Positions 35,373-44,241 of a stretch of DNA of 64,000 nt are shown here, in pieces; position 1 is the first letter of the stretch, and each line of letters begins with the position of its first letter. The position numbers and the translations under genes were made by a program. The notes under the pieces were generated by a model. The model worked only from the letters and a program-made list of their open reading frames with translations, was not told the DNA's origin and searched no databases. The DNA is from a virus. Location of the stretch: positions 32,001-96,000 of IMG/VR virus record IMGVR_UViG_3300045988_079296; one strand, 5' to 3'.

Positions 35373-35564
35373 TCAATCCTCGTCCAACATAAAGAGGTCG
35401 CTGAAATGACTCTTCCTCTCTTCTTGCTTACCTATATAGATACCAAGACATAGCCATTCAAACTCAAATTCCCGATTGTGTATATTTATATTCAACGCAG
35501 GAAGGATTGCCCAAAACTCCTTCGGTGTGAAGTCAATACTCACTTTTAGTTCTATTCTTTTCAT
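35373..35564 (-). CDS. hypothetical protein
   Basis: The track start is TTG. ATG 35564 forms an ATGA overlap with the upstream stop. Confidence 0.45.
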   Translation of the reverse strand: MKRIELKVSIDFTPKEFWAILPALNINIHNREFEFEWLCLGIYIGKQEERKSHFSDLFMLDED

Positions 35565-35749
35565 TCTTCCCAAACTATTGCTGTATATACTTCCGTTTCT
35601 ATCTCCGACAAATGTATCGCCGTACCATCTACAATGATATACAAATCTCCATCATCATCGGCAAATACTTCGCTTTCCGCCAAATCTTCTCGGCTCAAGT
35701 CTCTTACAACATCGCCTTCTTCAATTAATCTTCCATTAACGTCTTTCAT
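35561..35749 (-). CDS. hypothetical acidic protein
   Basis: 62 aa with ATGA overlaps on both sides. Confidence 0.45.
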   Translation of the reverse strand: MKDVNGRLIEEGDVVRDLSREDLAESEVFADDDGDLYIIVDGTAIHLSEIETEVYTAIVWEE

Positions 35750-36237
35750 CTTGTTAATACTTTTTGTAATTTCTTTCTTGCCATATGTATTCGGCTCTTA
35801 ACTGTTCCCAGTGGTACTCCAAAGATTTCCGCCATACGTTCGTAGGTATAACCGCAAATCAAGTAGTTCATTGCAATTCTTTCTCCCTCTGGCAGAGCGT
35901 CAATTGCCTCTCGTATATCAAGAACTTTGGAAAGGTCATCCGTATCAGGAGCGTACAATTCAAGCCGTCCAAATATGTCTGCTCCTTCCGTCTCGCTTTC
36001 TACGACAAAGCCTTGTCTGGATGACCTCCGATACTCGTTAATGAACAAATTGCGCATTATGGTCAATCCCCAACCCAAGAGGTTTGAACCTTCCTCAAAC
36101 TTATCCTTATTTCGTAGCATCTTCTCAACCGTATCATTACAAAGGTCAAGAGCGTTGTCCATACTATGAGGATAGTAGAACTTGGCTTGACGTACAAGAC
36201 GGTCATACAATGCTGCTATTTCTTGCTCGAAGTCCAT
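35746..36237 (-). CDS. ECF-type sigma-70 family factor
   Basis: 163 aa. The region-2-like segment is LLGWGLTIMRNLFINEYRR. Region 4 is ERIAMNYLICGYTYERMAEIFGVPLGTVKSRIHMARKKL. Confidence 0.85.
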   Translation of the reverse strand: MDFEQEIAALYDRLVRQAKFYYPHSMDNALDLCNDTVEKMLRNKDKFEEGSNLLGWGLTIMRNLFINEYRRSSRQGFVVESETEGADIFGRLELYAPDTDDLSKVLDIREAIDALPEGERIAMNYLICGYTYERMAEIFGVPLGTVKSRIHMARKKLQKVLTR

Positions 36238-36244
36238 ACGCTGA

Positions 36245-36263
36245 CTCTCTCTCTCTCTCTCTC
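36245..36263 (-). repeat. (GA)n microsatellite, 19 nt
   Basis: The plus strand is (ct)9c. It starts inside the TGA stop of ORF 36262-36459 and ends 7 nt before the sigma ATG at 36237. Confidence 0.95.
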
Positions 36264-36459
36264 AACCTTCGGTCTTGTCTTCATTACTCTTCTTAGCTAA
36301 ATGTCTAAATATAGCTTTACCAACGCAACGTAATTGCTCATCGTTCATAGCCACAAGAAAGCTATAACTCCAACCGTTTAACGATATTCCCATTTCGGTC
36401 AAATCTTTTTGATGCTTGGGGGTTTGAAACTTGACCTTTATGCCTACTTTCTTATTCAT
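36262..36459 (-). CDS. hypothetical protein
   Basis: 65 aa with an ATG start. Confidence 0.45.
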   Translation of the reverse strand: MNKKVGIKVKFQTPKHQKDLTEMGISLNGWSYSFLVAMNDEQLRCVGKAIFRHLAKKSNEDKTEG

Positions 36460-36649
36460 ACATTTTCTTATCGCTTGGAACTAATGTAACCTTACCGCAC
36501 TTTTGACAATGCAAGGTCGTTATGGTTACTTCTCCCACGGGTTGATAAACTTTCTTCCGAACTCCCATTATATTGAATCTTTCTCGCTTTAAAGTTTCCC
36601 AACGGTGGAAACAAAAGGCTTGCTTGATTAATCTCTTTAGTGTCTTCAT
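36452..36649 (-). CDS. hypothetical protein, possible zinc ribbon
   Basis: 65 aa, CFHRW ... HCQKCGK. Confidence 0.45.
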   Translation of the reverse strand: MKTLKRLIKQAFCFHRWETLKRERFNIMGVRKKVYQPVGEVTITTLHCQKCGKVTLVPSDKKMYE

Positions 36650-36849
36650 ACTCTTTTAAGTGTAGTTATTTGCTTTGTAACTTTGTCTTCCAATATAGCT
36701 ACTTTGACTGTTTCGTCAATCCATTGCTCCGCTTCCATCCTTCTTTTCAGAGGAACTTTCATATCAGCAAAAGCGTGTTGAGCCCAAGGCATACCTTCGA
36801 TAAAGAAGAATAGACTCAACTCATATCTACTTTGTTGTTTATTCGCCAT
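36646..36849 (-). CDS. hypothetical protein
   Basis: 67 aa with an ATGA overlap. Confidence 0.45.
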   Translation of the reverse strand: MANKQQSRYELSLFFFIEGMPWAQHAFADMKVPLKRRMEAEQWIDETVKVAILEDKVTKQITTLKRV

Positions 36850-37057
36850 CAGGAGCTACGTTGTATTTGATTTCATACTCTTGACTTAATCTCTCCAGTT
36901 CGTCTAATTCAACAACCCAAAGATAGGGGATGTCTCTTTTGGCTTCTATGAACCTATTCATGGCATTGCGTAAATCTACAATGCGCTTTTGGCGGCATTC
37001 TTCTTCCCAAATAAATCTCGGCTTAACTCCCAATGGAGGTTTTTCTTCCTTTTCCAT
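36839..37057 (-). CDS. hypothetical protein
   Basis: 72 aa. A relaxed leader motif (tttatttacaatatcc, 37065-37080) lies upstream. Confidence 0.45.
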   Translation of the reverse strand: MEKEEKPPLGVKPRFIWEEECRQKRIVDLRNAMNRFIEAKRDIPYLWVVELDELERLSQEYEIKYNVAPDGE

Positions 37058-37065
37058 ATCAATCT

Positions 37066-37308
37066 TTATTTACAATATCCAAATCTCTTTTCTACATCCC
37101 ACTGGGTGAGGTTACTTCTTACTTTGCCCCTCCCTAATTTCTTTCCGCAACAGCCACATCTACGTTCTTCCCAAAGGTCGTATCTGAGGTGATGCGTATA
37201 AGAACCTTTCTTGAGAACTTTGTACTTTGGCTTAGCATACTCCGTACATATATGCTCATAATACGGATGCTTGCACCAAAGACGTTTTATGTACTTCCAA
37301 AGTTTCAT
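37066..37308 (-). CDS. Cys-rich small protein
   Basis: The track start is TTG, so ATG 37308 (MKLWKYIK) is used. It has CKHPYYEHIC and CGCCGKK. Confidence 0.45.
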   Translation of the reverse strand: MKLWKYIKRLWCKHPYYEHICTEYAKPKYKVLKKGSYTHHLRYDLWEERRCGCCGKKLGRGKVRSNLTQWDVEKRFGYCK

Positions 37309-37698
37309 GTCCAAACAATCTTATTAGCTCTTACAAAGTAATGAGCTTTATTAGGGCAATGTTTATTTAGCAAACTCGGATTAAAAGTAACCAAGTCGCC
37401 TTCTCTCTTATACGTCCAATCCATATCGGAATGTTCTGTAACGGATATTGGAATATGAACTTTATTACCGCAGCCGCAAGGACAAAGATGAGTTGAGCAC
37501 TCGCATTCCCTCGCTTACATACAATACTCCATAATGTAGCTTCTCTGGAAAGAACTCGCAAAAGACGGTATGATAAAACTTGTCAATCTTATTAGCAATT
37601 AACTCGTTGTAGTCGTACACCGATTTCATGACTTCCTCTTCCGACATAGGAACTATATGGCCATCTGTGAACTTATAACCAAAGTCTTTCTTTGTCAT
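37305..37698 (-). pseudogene. DUF6527-like CPCGCG protein gene split by a frame change (+1 needed)
   Basis: Frame A runs from ATG 37698: MTKKDF...FFPEKLHYGVLYVSEG, then hits a stop at 37467-37465. The +1 frame is open from 37514: ECSTHLCPCGCGNKVHIPISV...WTYKREGDLVTFNPSLLNKHCPNKAHYFVRANKIVWT*, ending at 37305. It has no start codon. Together the two halves reproduce the family layout as I remember it. Confidence 0.6.
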
Positions 37699-37711
37699 AC
37701 TATTCTTGTTT

Positions 37712-38953
37712 TCATTTCTTCTTTTTCTTAAATTGACCAAAGTAGTCTTTATTCTTAACCTTGTCTGCATTACGTTTCAGTTTGGACGGTGGAATTTTAT
37801 CCTTTCCGCTTCCCTTGCCTCTCTCAATAGGCTCAAATATATCTTCGCTCGCTCCTTCCTTCGCAATCTCCGCTTCGGCATCAAAAGCGGCATTGCGTTT
37901 CTCCAAGTCTGCTTTTTGCTTCCGTATCTTCTTCAAGAACATTTCTTTGGTACGCTCGGCTGACGTCTTTTCCTGCTCTGTAACGTCCTCCGCTTTAATA
38001 TCCTGAACTTCCCTACCAGATTGCCTTTCGATTGCTGTAAAGTCATACGCCATTGATGAAGGATACACCATTTCTGCATTCTCGTCATACTCTCCCGATA
38101 TATCCACGAACTTCGCATAATATGAGTTATGAAGTCCAGCAATAAGTTTTCCCAAATCAAAGTTCATTCTTGCCGCTACACGCCCCAAGATAACTTCCTT
38201 GAGGTTTATAGTACGCAAGATTTCCTTTTGGATATGGTTCTGAATAGTAACCTCAATATTTACATCCAAAGCTCCGTTAATGTTCAAGATGTCTCCTTCG
38301 GCTTCCTTCCGTATTTGTTCCAACGTCCGTAGCATGCAATTGTACGCATCAATGGAGTTGAGCGCAATATATCTCGCTTTCATCTTAGAGTACATCCAAC
38401 CCAGTTCGTCAAGTCTTGGTCTCTTATTGTAAAGTCTGACATCGGTTATCTTATTGCGGTATTCCTCACGCTTCCTTTCTATCTCTACAATATTCTGCTT
38501 CAAGACTTTCTTTACATCATCCTCGTCTATTGCTATTCCATTATCCTCTCCAAGTATTTTTACAACCTCTGGAATAGTGAACATACGCCCAAGGAGTTCC
38601 ATTATATCTTCCTCGAAAGGAGAACGCTTCAAAACTGGCTTCCCATTAGTAGATTTCTTTCCTCCATTACAACCCATCCTACCATACGCCATCGCCTTGG
38701 CTACGCTCCTTTTGGAATTTAGAGTTATCCATTTCTTTTTGAGCTCCAATATATCTTCTTGTTCTTTGGGACTCAAATGGGCTATGAAAGTTTTGAGCCT
38801 ATGAGGTAGCATTGCTATATTGATTTCTTCTCCCGTAGATACAGTTTGTATTGGGTTTGTCAATATAGGATGCTTACAATAGGCTACCCACTTCAAATAC
38901 TCTTTGGGGTTTACAACGTCCTCTGGGATAGGTATTCTTTTTCTTTCTTCCAT
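37712..38953 (-). CDS. hypothetical protein with HTH-like segment
   Basis: 413 aa with an ATG start. It has FTIPEVVKILGEDNG and a Lys-rich C-terminus. Confidence 0.5.
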   Translation of the reverse strand: MEERKRIPIPEDVVNPKEYLKWVAYCKHPILTNPIQTVSTGEEINIAMLPHRLKTFIAHLSPKEQEDILELKKKWITLNSKRSVAKAMAYGRMGCNGGKKSTNGKPVLKRSPFEEDIMELLGRMFTIPEVVKILGEDNGIAIDEDDVKKVLKQNIVEIERKREEYRNKITDVRLYNKRPRLDELGWMYSKMKARYIALNSIDAYNCMLRTLEQIRKEAEGDILNINGALDVNIEVTIQNHIQKEILRTINLKEVILGRVAARMNFDLGKLIAGLHNSYYAKFVDISGEYDENAEMVYPSSMAYDFTAIERQSGREVQDIKAEDVTEQEKTSAERTKEMFLKKIRKQKADLEKRNAAFDAEAEIAKEGASEDIFEPIERGKGSGKDKIPPSKLKRNADKVKNKDYFGQFKKKKK

Positions 38954-39025
38954 ATTTTATTTACAATTAGTTTTACAATACAAACGTATTATAATTGCTA
39001 TTGTTTGTAGAAGAATAGCGTATCT

Positions 39026-39280
39026 TTACGTTTTGTGATATTCTTTCTTTAATCGTAAACGACGCAAGTGTATTACTATTGCAGGATGCGTTGGTAATAT
39101 AGGTTCATACTCTGATATACGAATAATTTCCCAATCATCTTTCTTATCTATTGCGTTAGCTATTGCGTAGCGTTTGAGTTTAGAGAAAAGAAAGATGCGG
39201 AACTCTTTTGTATTGTCTTTTTTGAGCTCCGCAGTTTCGTCATAACTTAGAATGAGTTTCTTTAGTTTTGCTTCTGTCAT
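39026..39280 (-). CDS. hypothetical protein
   Basis: 84 aa with an ATG start. Confidence 0.45.
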   Translation of the reverse strand: MTEAKLKKLILSYDETAELKKDNTKEFRIFLFSKLKRYAIANAIDKKDDWEIIRISEYEPILPTHPAIVIHLRRLRLKKEYHKT

Positions 39281-39861
39281 TTTCTTTTTAGAATATTTTC
39301 AAACTTCTTTCCGTATTTCTCGTAATAAGCAAGCATTTGTTCCAATCTTTGGGCGGGAACTCTTTTTGATTCTTCTCTCTCGGAATTTCTTTCAAAACAA
39401 AGCCATAAAGGAACATCAAAGAAGCTCTTGTACTCTATTTCTACATAATCCCGATACTTAGAATTATCAATTGCTTTCTTTATCAATTCTGCTCCTGACG
39501 AATATATGTTTGTATCATCTACAATAACGTCCATGTGGTTACTTTGGTCTATTGCACAAACTGTTATCTTTCTCCGTATATCTTGAAGCATTGGCGGTTG
39601 AGGCAATTCCTTCCTTGCCGTCTCAACTATCTCTCTTTTTGTTAAGTCATCCGCAAGAGGTTTTAAAAGTTCCAACGCCAATTCCTTCGCTTCCTCAAAT
39701 TGGTCTGCCGTTAGGGGTTGGCGAACACTACCTGCTTTGAAGGAAGGATAACGGCTGCAAGTCATCGAAGCTCTGTCAGACGTTATGCAAATTGTTATTG
39801 ACCTCCCTTCTTCCTCGCATACAAAGAATTGATTATTTACATGATAATAAGTCTTTTCCAT
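39277..39861 (-). CDS. hypothetical protein
   Basis: The track ORF to 40026 overlaps the upstream gene by 163 nt. ATG 39861 (MEKTYYHV) lies 2 nt after the upstream stop. Confidence 0.5.
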   Translation of the reverse strand: MEKTYYHVNNQFFVCEEEGRSITICITSDRASMTCSRYPSFKAGSVRQPLTADQFEEAKELALELLKPLADDLTKREIVETARKELPQPPMLQDIRRKITVCAIDQSNHMDVIVDDTNIYSSGAELIKKAIDNSKYRDYVEIEYKSFFDVPLWLCFERNSEREESKRVPAQRLEQMLAYYEKYGKKFENILKRK

Positions 39862-39863
39862 AC

Positions 39864-40304
39864 CTACATTTTGTTTAATATTCCATATATTACTTTCGTT
39901 TTCAAATAACCTTGTATCTCCCTTTGATAATGATAACCATCTTCCAATGGCGTCAATTCTTTCGTAGGTAGGAGCTGGGTTGCCATAGCAAAGTCTATCT
40001 TTGGAAGTCCGCAACCGTTCAACCAACGCTCTATCTTATCCGATACCTCAGCCCAAACTCCACCTCGCTTCAAGAGGTCGTGAAACTCTTCTATCAGCAT
40101 CCGCTTTGCTTCTTTGGTTTGGAGACTTCCCGACATACATACTTTCTTACCCCAAGGAGTGTCTTTCATTATGATTATCGCTTTCGGTCTTGCACTATTC
40201 GGACTAAAAAGCAATTTCCAATACTTTTCGTCATTGTAGAGCAACTTATCTACGTTCCGATATAAGAACCCTTCAGACGTTCCCGAATATGACTCAGAAA
40301 GCAT
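39864..40304 (-). CDS. hypothetical protein (frame open upstream to 40406 through the GA tract)
   Basis: The first ATG is at 40304 (MLSESYSG). The track start at 40406 is TTG. The upstream 34 codons are stop-free and protein-like. Confidence 0.45.
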   Translation of the reverse strand: MLSESYSGTSEGFLYRNVDKLLYNDEKYWKLLFSPNSARPKAIIIMKDTPWGKKVCMSGSLQTKEAKRMLIEEFHDLLKRGGVWAEVSDKIERWLNGCGLPKIDFAMATQLLPTKELTPLEDGYHYQREIQGYLKTKVIYGILNKM

Positions 40305-40348
40305 TGTAATCACTTCGTCAAGATATTTCCTTTTCTCGTACCGATTAT

Positions 40349-41335
40349 TCAAAATGATTGAACTGGTCTCTCTCTCTCTCTCTCTTGACTCTTCAATTCT
40401 CGCCAAATATTCATCTTTGGAACTATTATATGATTTGGGTCAATTTCTCCGTTCTTGCCATTATATAGAGGTCGGTGGTTAAACATATTAATGTACTCAA
40501 CGTCCACTATAACTTCTTGTTCGTTACAAAACTCCATTTCCATCTTTGGGTGATTATGAAGTCGGTGAGGTCTTTTAGCTGGTATGAATTCAACTTCCGT
40601 TCCTTCGGTTATCGTAATAGGTTGACCGCTCTTCAATTGTTTATTCCATTCTTCGGCAAATTTATCAATTTCCTCTTTTGTAACGTTTTCGGGATTAATC
40701 TTCAATATGAAATGGCCAGTTGGGTTTGTTATTCCATTATTCTTTCCAATAGCTCCTAATACCCATAACTTTTGTCTTTCAATCCATTCCATCTGCTGCT
40801 TTTTAGTTCGGATATTATCAGGCATAAGGTCATCCAAATCGTCCATTATCATGAAGTTTGGTTTCTCGTTACCTCTTGCATATCTCCCCAATTCGGGCAT
40901 TCCTTTTATTACCGCATCGTCATATCCGTGAGGCTCGCGCATGGAATGAAACGTTGGCTCAAATATCGGCTCGTTCAAATATTCTCTTCGGAACTCGTCA
41001 GGAGATTTCCGCTTCATAGCTTCGGCAAACGAATTAATTGGATTTACGCCTTGATGCATCCATTCCATTTGTCTCTTAATCATATTATCCATAGCCTTAG
41101 CGTGGAATGCTATTTGCTCTCGGATAATACGATTAACCAAACGTTTTGTCCATTTATTTCTCTTCGCTCCGTCTTTGAGCTTTACACGCTGATGATACGT
41201 CATTATCATTTTAGTAACCGAAGCAATCATTTCATTTGGGTATCTCCAATGCGGCTGAGTTTGCTCTATACATTCAATCTTATGGAACTCTTTCTTGAGC
41301 TTCCTTGGTATCTTTCTTCCTTTTAACTTTCCCAT
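40349..41335 (-). CDS. hypothetical protein
   Basis: 328 aa with an ATG start. Confidence 0.55.
   Translation of the reverse strand: MGKLKGRKIPRKLKKEFHKIECIEQTQPHWRYPNEMIASVTKMIMTYHQRVKLKDGAKRNKWTKRLVNRIIREQIAFHAKAMDNMIKRQMEWMHQGVNPINSFAEAMKRKSPDEFRREYLNEPIFEPTFHSMREPHGYDDAVIKGMPELGRYARGNEKPNFMIMDDLDDLMPDNIRTKKQQMEWIERQKLWVLGAIGKNNGITNPTGHFILKINPENVTKEEIDKFAEEWNKQLKSGQPITITEGTEVEFIPAKRPHRLHNHPKMEMEFCNEQEVIVDVEYINMFNHRPLYNGKNGEIDPNHIIVPKMNIWRELKSQERERERPVQSF
40367..40385 (-). repeat. (GA)n microsatellite, 19 nt
   Basis: The plus strand is (tc)9t. It lies in the C-terminal codons of ORF 40349-41335 (QERERER) and in the open upstream frame of the next gene (SRERERE). Confidence 0.95.
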
Positions 41336-41730
41336 CCCTTTGGCAGTATTATGTTTTCTTGTATTCCCAAATTCTTCTCCGCTTCACGGAATAGAGGAAT
41401 GATTTCACTTTCCTCAAAACCTGCTATGCCGCATCCTATCTTAGTTACCAAGAAGTCCTTTTCAGGCATCGTCTTAGCATCCAAATAAAGTCGCATAATG
41501 CTCGTACCGATTGCTGAAAGACTCATCTTGTTACCTTCGGTTGTTAGAGTAGGTATTGCCCAACTTCTTCCAGTCAATCCTACATTTACGCCCCATTCAG
41601 CTCCGAACTCCTTATGAGCTTGCGCTGCTGCACCTCCGAAGTGTCTGCCGCCCATATTAGAACCAAATACAAATATTTCGTTGTCTCGCAGTTTAGACAC
41701 TTGCTTCGGTGTATGTTTTCTTCGTTTCAT
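41323..41730 (-). CDS. SLOG/LOG-like Rossmann protein (A1S_2505-type phage protein)
   Basis: 135 aa from ATG 41730 (the track start is TTG). The motif is IFVFGSNMGGRHFGGAAAQAHKEFGAEWGV..GLTGRSWAIPT. Confidence 0.5.
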   Translation of the reverse strand: MKRRKHTPKQVSKLRDNEIFVFGSNMGGRHFGGAAAQAHKEFGAEWGVNVGLTGRSWAIPTLTTEGNKMSLSAIGTSIMRLYLDAKTMPEKDFLVTKIGCGIAGFEESEIIPLFREAEKNLGIQENIILPKGWES

Positions 41731-41764
41731 ATTTCTATTCTGTTTGATTATGTTTAGTAACCTT

Positions 41765-41803
41765 GGATAAAAAGAAAGAGCTACTTTCACAAGCAACTCT
41801 TTC
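41765..41803 (-). terminator. rho-independent terminator
   Basis: Stem gaaagag (41774-41780) / ctctttc (41797-41803). On the minus strand it is followed by tttttatcc. Confidence 0.55.
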
Positions 41804-41828
41804 CGAAAATAAATCATTTGGTAAATAA

Positions 41829-42248
41829 TCAACTTTTCTTAAACTCTATTCCTAACATCTTACAAGTTGTTTCGTTGTAATAGTAGTATTCCCATATCTC
41901 TTGATTTCGGCATATGAATCCATTACTTTGTACCCCTCTCAAAATAGTCTTAGTATATTCCAAACCATTATCTGAAAGTCTTGCTAAGTTTCTGCTCTCG
42001 CTTATTGTTACGGGTTGAACGGCTATTAACTTACCATGAGAAATAACGGCTACCAAGTCACCGTTTGATAATTCGCTCGGAATAAAGCGTTCATGGAACG
42101 AACTCTCAGAGCGTACATAGTCGCTACCTTCTTTGTTTACGTCCGTATAATTAACCGCATTAACCCAACTGCCGTCTGCATTCTTCATCTTCGGGTATTT
42201 TATAACCCGATACACGTTGCCTTTGTAATACCAAACCTTATTGTTCAT
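41829..42248 (-). CDS. hypothetical protein, DUF1653-like N-terminus
   Basis: 139 aa. VWYYKGNVYRVIKYPKMKN...YVRSESSFHERF resembles the DUF1653 pattern. Confidence 0.35.
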   Translation of the reverse strand: MNNKVWYYKGNVYRVIKYPKMKNADGSWVNAVNYTDVNKEGSDYVRSESSFHERFIPSELSNGDLVAVISHGKLIAVQPVTISESRNLARLSDNGLEYTKTILRGVQSNGFICRNQEIWEYYYYNETTCKMLGIEFKKS

Positions 42249-42622
42249 GATTTCAAACTTTCTTGATAAATGATTAATTCTTCTTTCTCTTTGGCAGTTA
42301 ATTCCAATTTGAAGTCCTTCGGCAAAAGGTTTTCATATTCCTTCTTTTCGGGTTGTCTTGACCAAGAAGGAGTGTCAACATCCATTTCGTATTGAACCAA
42401 CTCCCAATCGGCTTCTTTTATACCGCAACTTTGTATTTGGATTAATGCCATAGTTTTGGCTATCTCTAATTTGGTCTGACCTCGCCAACCAAACTCTGGA
42501 AAGGAAGTCATGCTCAACTGTCTGCCTCCGATACTCGGAGAAACAAGGTGTTGAAGATACATAACCCTCCCTTGTTTATCAATCGTTCTAAAACAATAGA
42601 ACTTACTTTTTATTGCTTCCAT
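42245..42622 (-). CDS. hypothetical protein
   Basis: The track start at 42706 is TTG. The first ATG is at 42622 (MEAIKSKFY). Confidence 0.45.
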   Translation of the reverse strand: MEAIKSKFYCFRTIDKQGRVMYLQHLVSPSIGGRQLSMTSFPEFGWRGQTKLEIAKTMALIQIQSCGIKEADWELVQYEMDVDTPSWSRQPEKKEYENLLPKDFKLELTAKEKEELIIYQESLKS

Positions 42623-42749
42623 TTTCTTTCCCTTTTTGTTCCTTCTTAACTTTGGGGACTGGAATGAACTTTCTTGGTTGTCTCGAAAGGTCTTCACCCT
42701 TCTCAATGTTTAGCTCGTTGTCTTGAGCTTTCTTCTTAATATCTTCCAT
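42603..42749 (-). CDS. small Lys-rich protein (below ORF-track cutoff)
   Basis: 48 aa, MEDIKKKAQDNELNIEKGEDL.... Its ATG is 1 nt after the helicase stop. Confidence 0.3.
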   Translation of the reverse strand: MEDIKKKAQDNELNIEKGEDLSRQPRKFIPVPKVKKEQKGKENGSNKK

Positions 42750-42750
42750 A

Positions 42751-44241
42751 CTATCTACTTATTTTAATTTGTTGTTTTATATCCTTATTAAACACATTTC
42801 CCCATACATATACAAGGGAAGTCTTTGCCCTTGTAATAGCTACATACTTGAGATTATTTTCTTGCTCGTATTGCCAAGGTTGGGTTGCATACTTACTCGG
42901 TATCAGTTCAGGGGCAAGAAAGAATATCTTATCATTTTCCAACCCTTTCGCCTTATGTATCGTGCTTAGCAGTATTCCTTTAACCTCGTCAGAGAAAATA
43001 TTGCTAATCAAACTCCGTAGCTCCTTAACAGTATCTACTTCTTCACAAAGGCACTGAATAACTTCAATCTTTTGCATCAATGTCTCCATCTTCGGGTGCA
43101 AGCTCGGCTTCTTTACTCCACGTTGCTTTAGTTTGTTATGTAGATGCTCCTTCTCCAAGTCAAGATTTTTTAACAATCCGTCAACCGTTTTCCCTCCCGT
43201 CTTACTTATCAACGCCAATATTCCTTCTCCGATTTCCTTGCCTCTTATCTTTGACTTAATCTTATTCTTCATCAGCCAAAGATATGCTTGTATCAACGGT
43301 TTCAAATTACGGCACAATATCCAATCTCCATAATCAAGCTCTAACAAACTTCCGTCTCTCACTTCTCCCTCAATAGCGTGCGGAGCATAAGAGATTTCAG
43401 GAACAATCTTTTGAGCTTCCTGAACGATACTCTTGGCGCAACGGTACGATACTGAAAGGGGCAGTTTGATTGCCCGTCCGTTTATCTCCGCAAGTCGCTC
43501 GTAGCTTTCGGCATCCGCTCCAGCAAAACCATAAATTGCTTGTCGCTTATCTCCTACCGTTATCAACCTTCCATTCCTCGTCAAGCAACGCTTTATAAAC
43601 TCATGTTGACAACGGGAAAAGTCTTGGCTTTCATCGCAAAATACATACTCATACTTTCTAAAACGGATAGAGCCGTCAACAACGGGTTGATATATCATAT
43701 CCATAAAGTCAAACTGACTCTTATCCTTCTGCATGAGCGTGAATGCTTCCATTGCCACCTTCGCTTCTATCTCGGATATATTCAGGTCATAATGCTCCGC
43801 TATCCACTCAATTGACTCTTGATTATTCTCCAAAAGGTTACAACGCAATAGGTCAAGAATTTTCGGTATGATAAAGAAGAACCAACCCCGTTGTTTATCT
43901 CCAATATCATCCTTCATTCGCTTCAATACTTGCTCCGTTTTAGCAATGCCCTTATTTGGGTTCATCTTCGCTCGGCTTCCGTATCGGCAGAGGATAGAAC
44001 GCCAACCGCAAGAATGTATCGTCATTATCTCGGCATCCCTTCGGGTATTACGGTCTTTGAGCTCATCTACAATTGAGTTATTAAATGCAAGGAACAGGGA
44101 AGTTGCCTTGTCGGGAACGTATTTCAACAATTCCAATAACACGGTTGTCTTCCCTGAACCTGCAACAGCAGAAATATTTATATCTCGCTTAGTTAGCTTG
44201 AATGTTTTGTAAATAGCTTCTTGATATTTACTCGGTTTCAT
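42751..44241 (-). CDS. UvrD/Rep/PcrA-like SF1 helicase (paralog 2)
   Basis: 496 aa. Motifs seen: AVAGSGKTTVLLE, VFCDESQDFS, VGDKRQAIYGFAGA, LSTIHKAKGLENDKIFF and VAITRAKTSL. Confidence 0.9.
   Translation of the reverse strand: MKPSKYQEAIYKTFKLTKRDINISAVAGSGKTTVLLELLKYVPDKATSLFLAFNNSIVDELKDRNTRRDAEIMTIHSCGWRSILCRYGSRAKMNPNKGIAKTEQVLKRMKDDIGDKQRGWFFFIIPKILDLLRCNLLENNQESIEWIAEHYDLNISEIEAKVAMEAFTLMQKDKSQFDFMDMIYQPVVDGSIRFRKYEYVFCDESQDFSRCQHEFIKRCLTRNGRLITVGDKRQAIYGFAGADAESYERLAEINGRAIKLPLSVSYRCAKSIVQEAQKIVPEISYAPHAIEGEVRDGSLLELDYGDWILCRNLKPLIQAYLWLMKNKIKSKIRGKEIGEGILALISKTGGKTVDGLLKNLDLEKEHLHNKLKQRGVKKPSLHPKMETLMQKIEVIQCLCEEVDTVKELRSLISNIFSDEVKGILLSTIHKAKGLENDKIFFLAPELIPSKYATQPWQYEQENNLKYVAITRAKTSLVYVWGNVFNKDIKQQIKISR

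Noticed and set aside
36237-36264. Stop-codon reassignment (TGA or TAG recoding), as seen in some gut phages
   Set aside because: Long ORFs (1179, 635, 623, 577 and 556 aa) are intact under the standard code, and gene ends coincide with normal stops and terminators. The single in-frame TGA before the sigma gene is more simply a normal stop (1-in-3 chance of frame coincidence). It is retained only as a note within the GA-tract finding.
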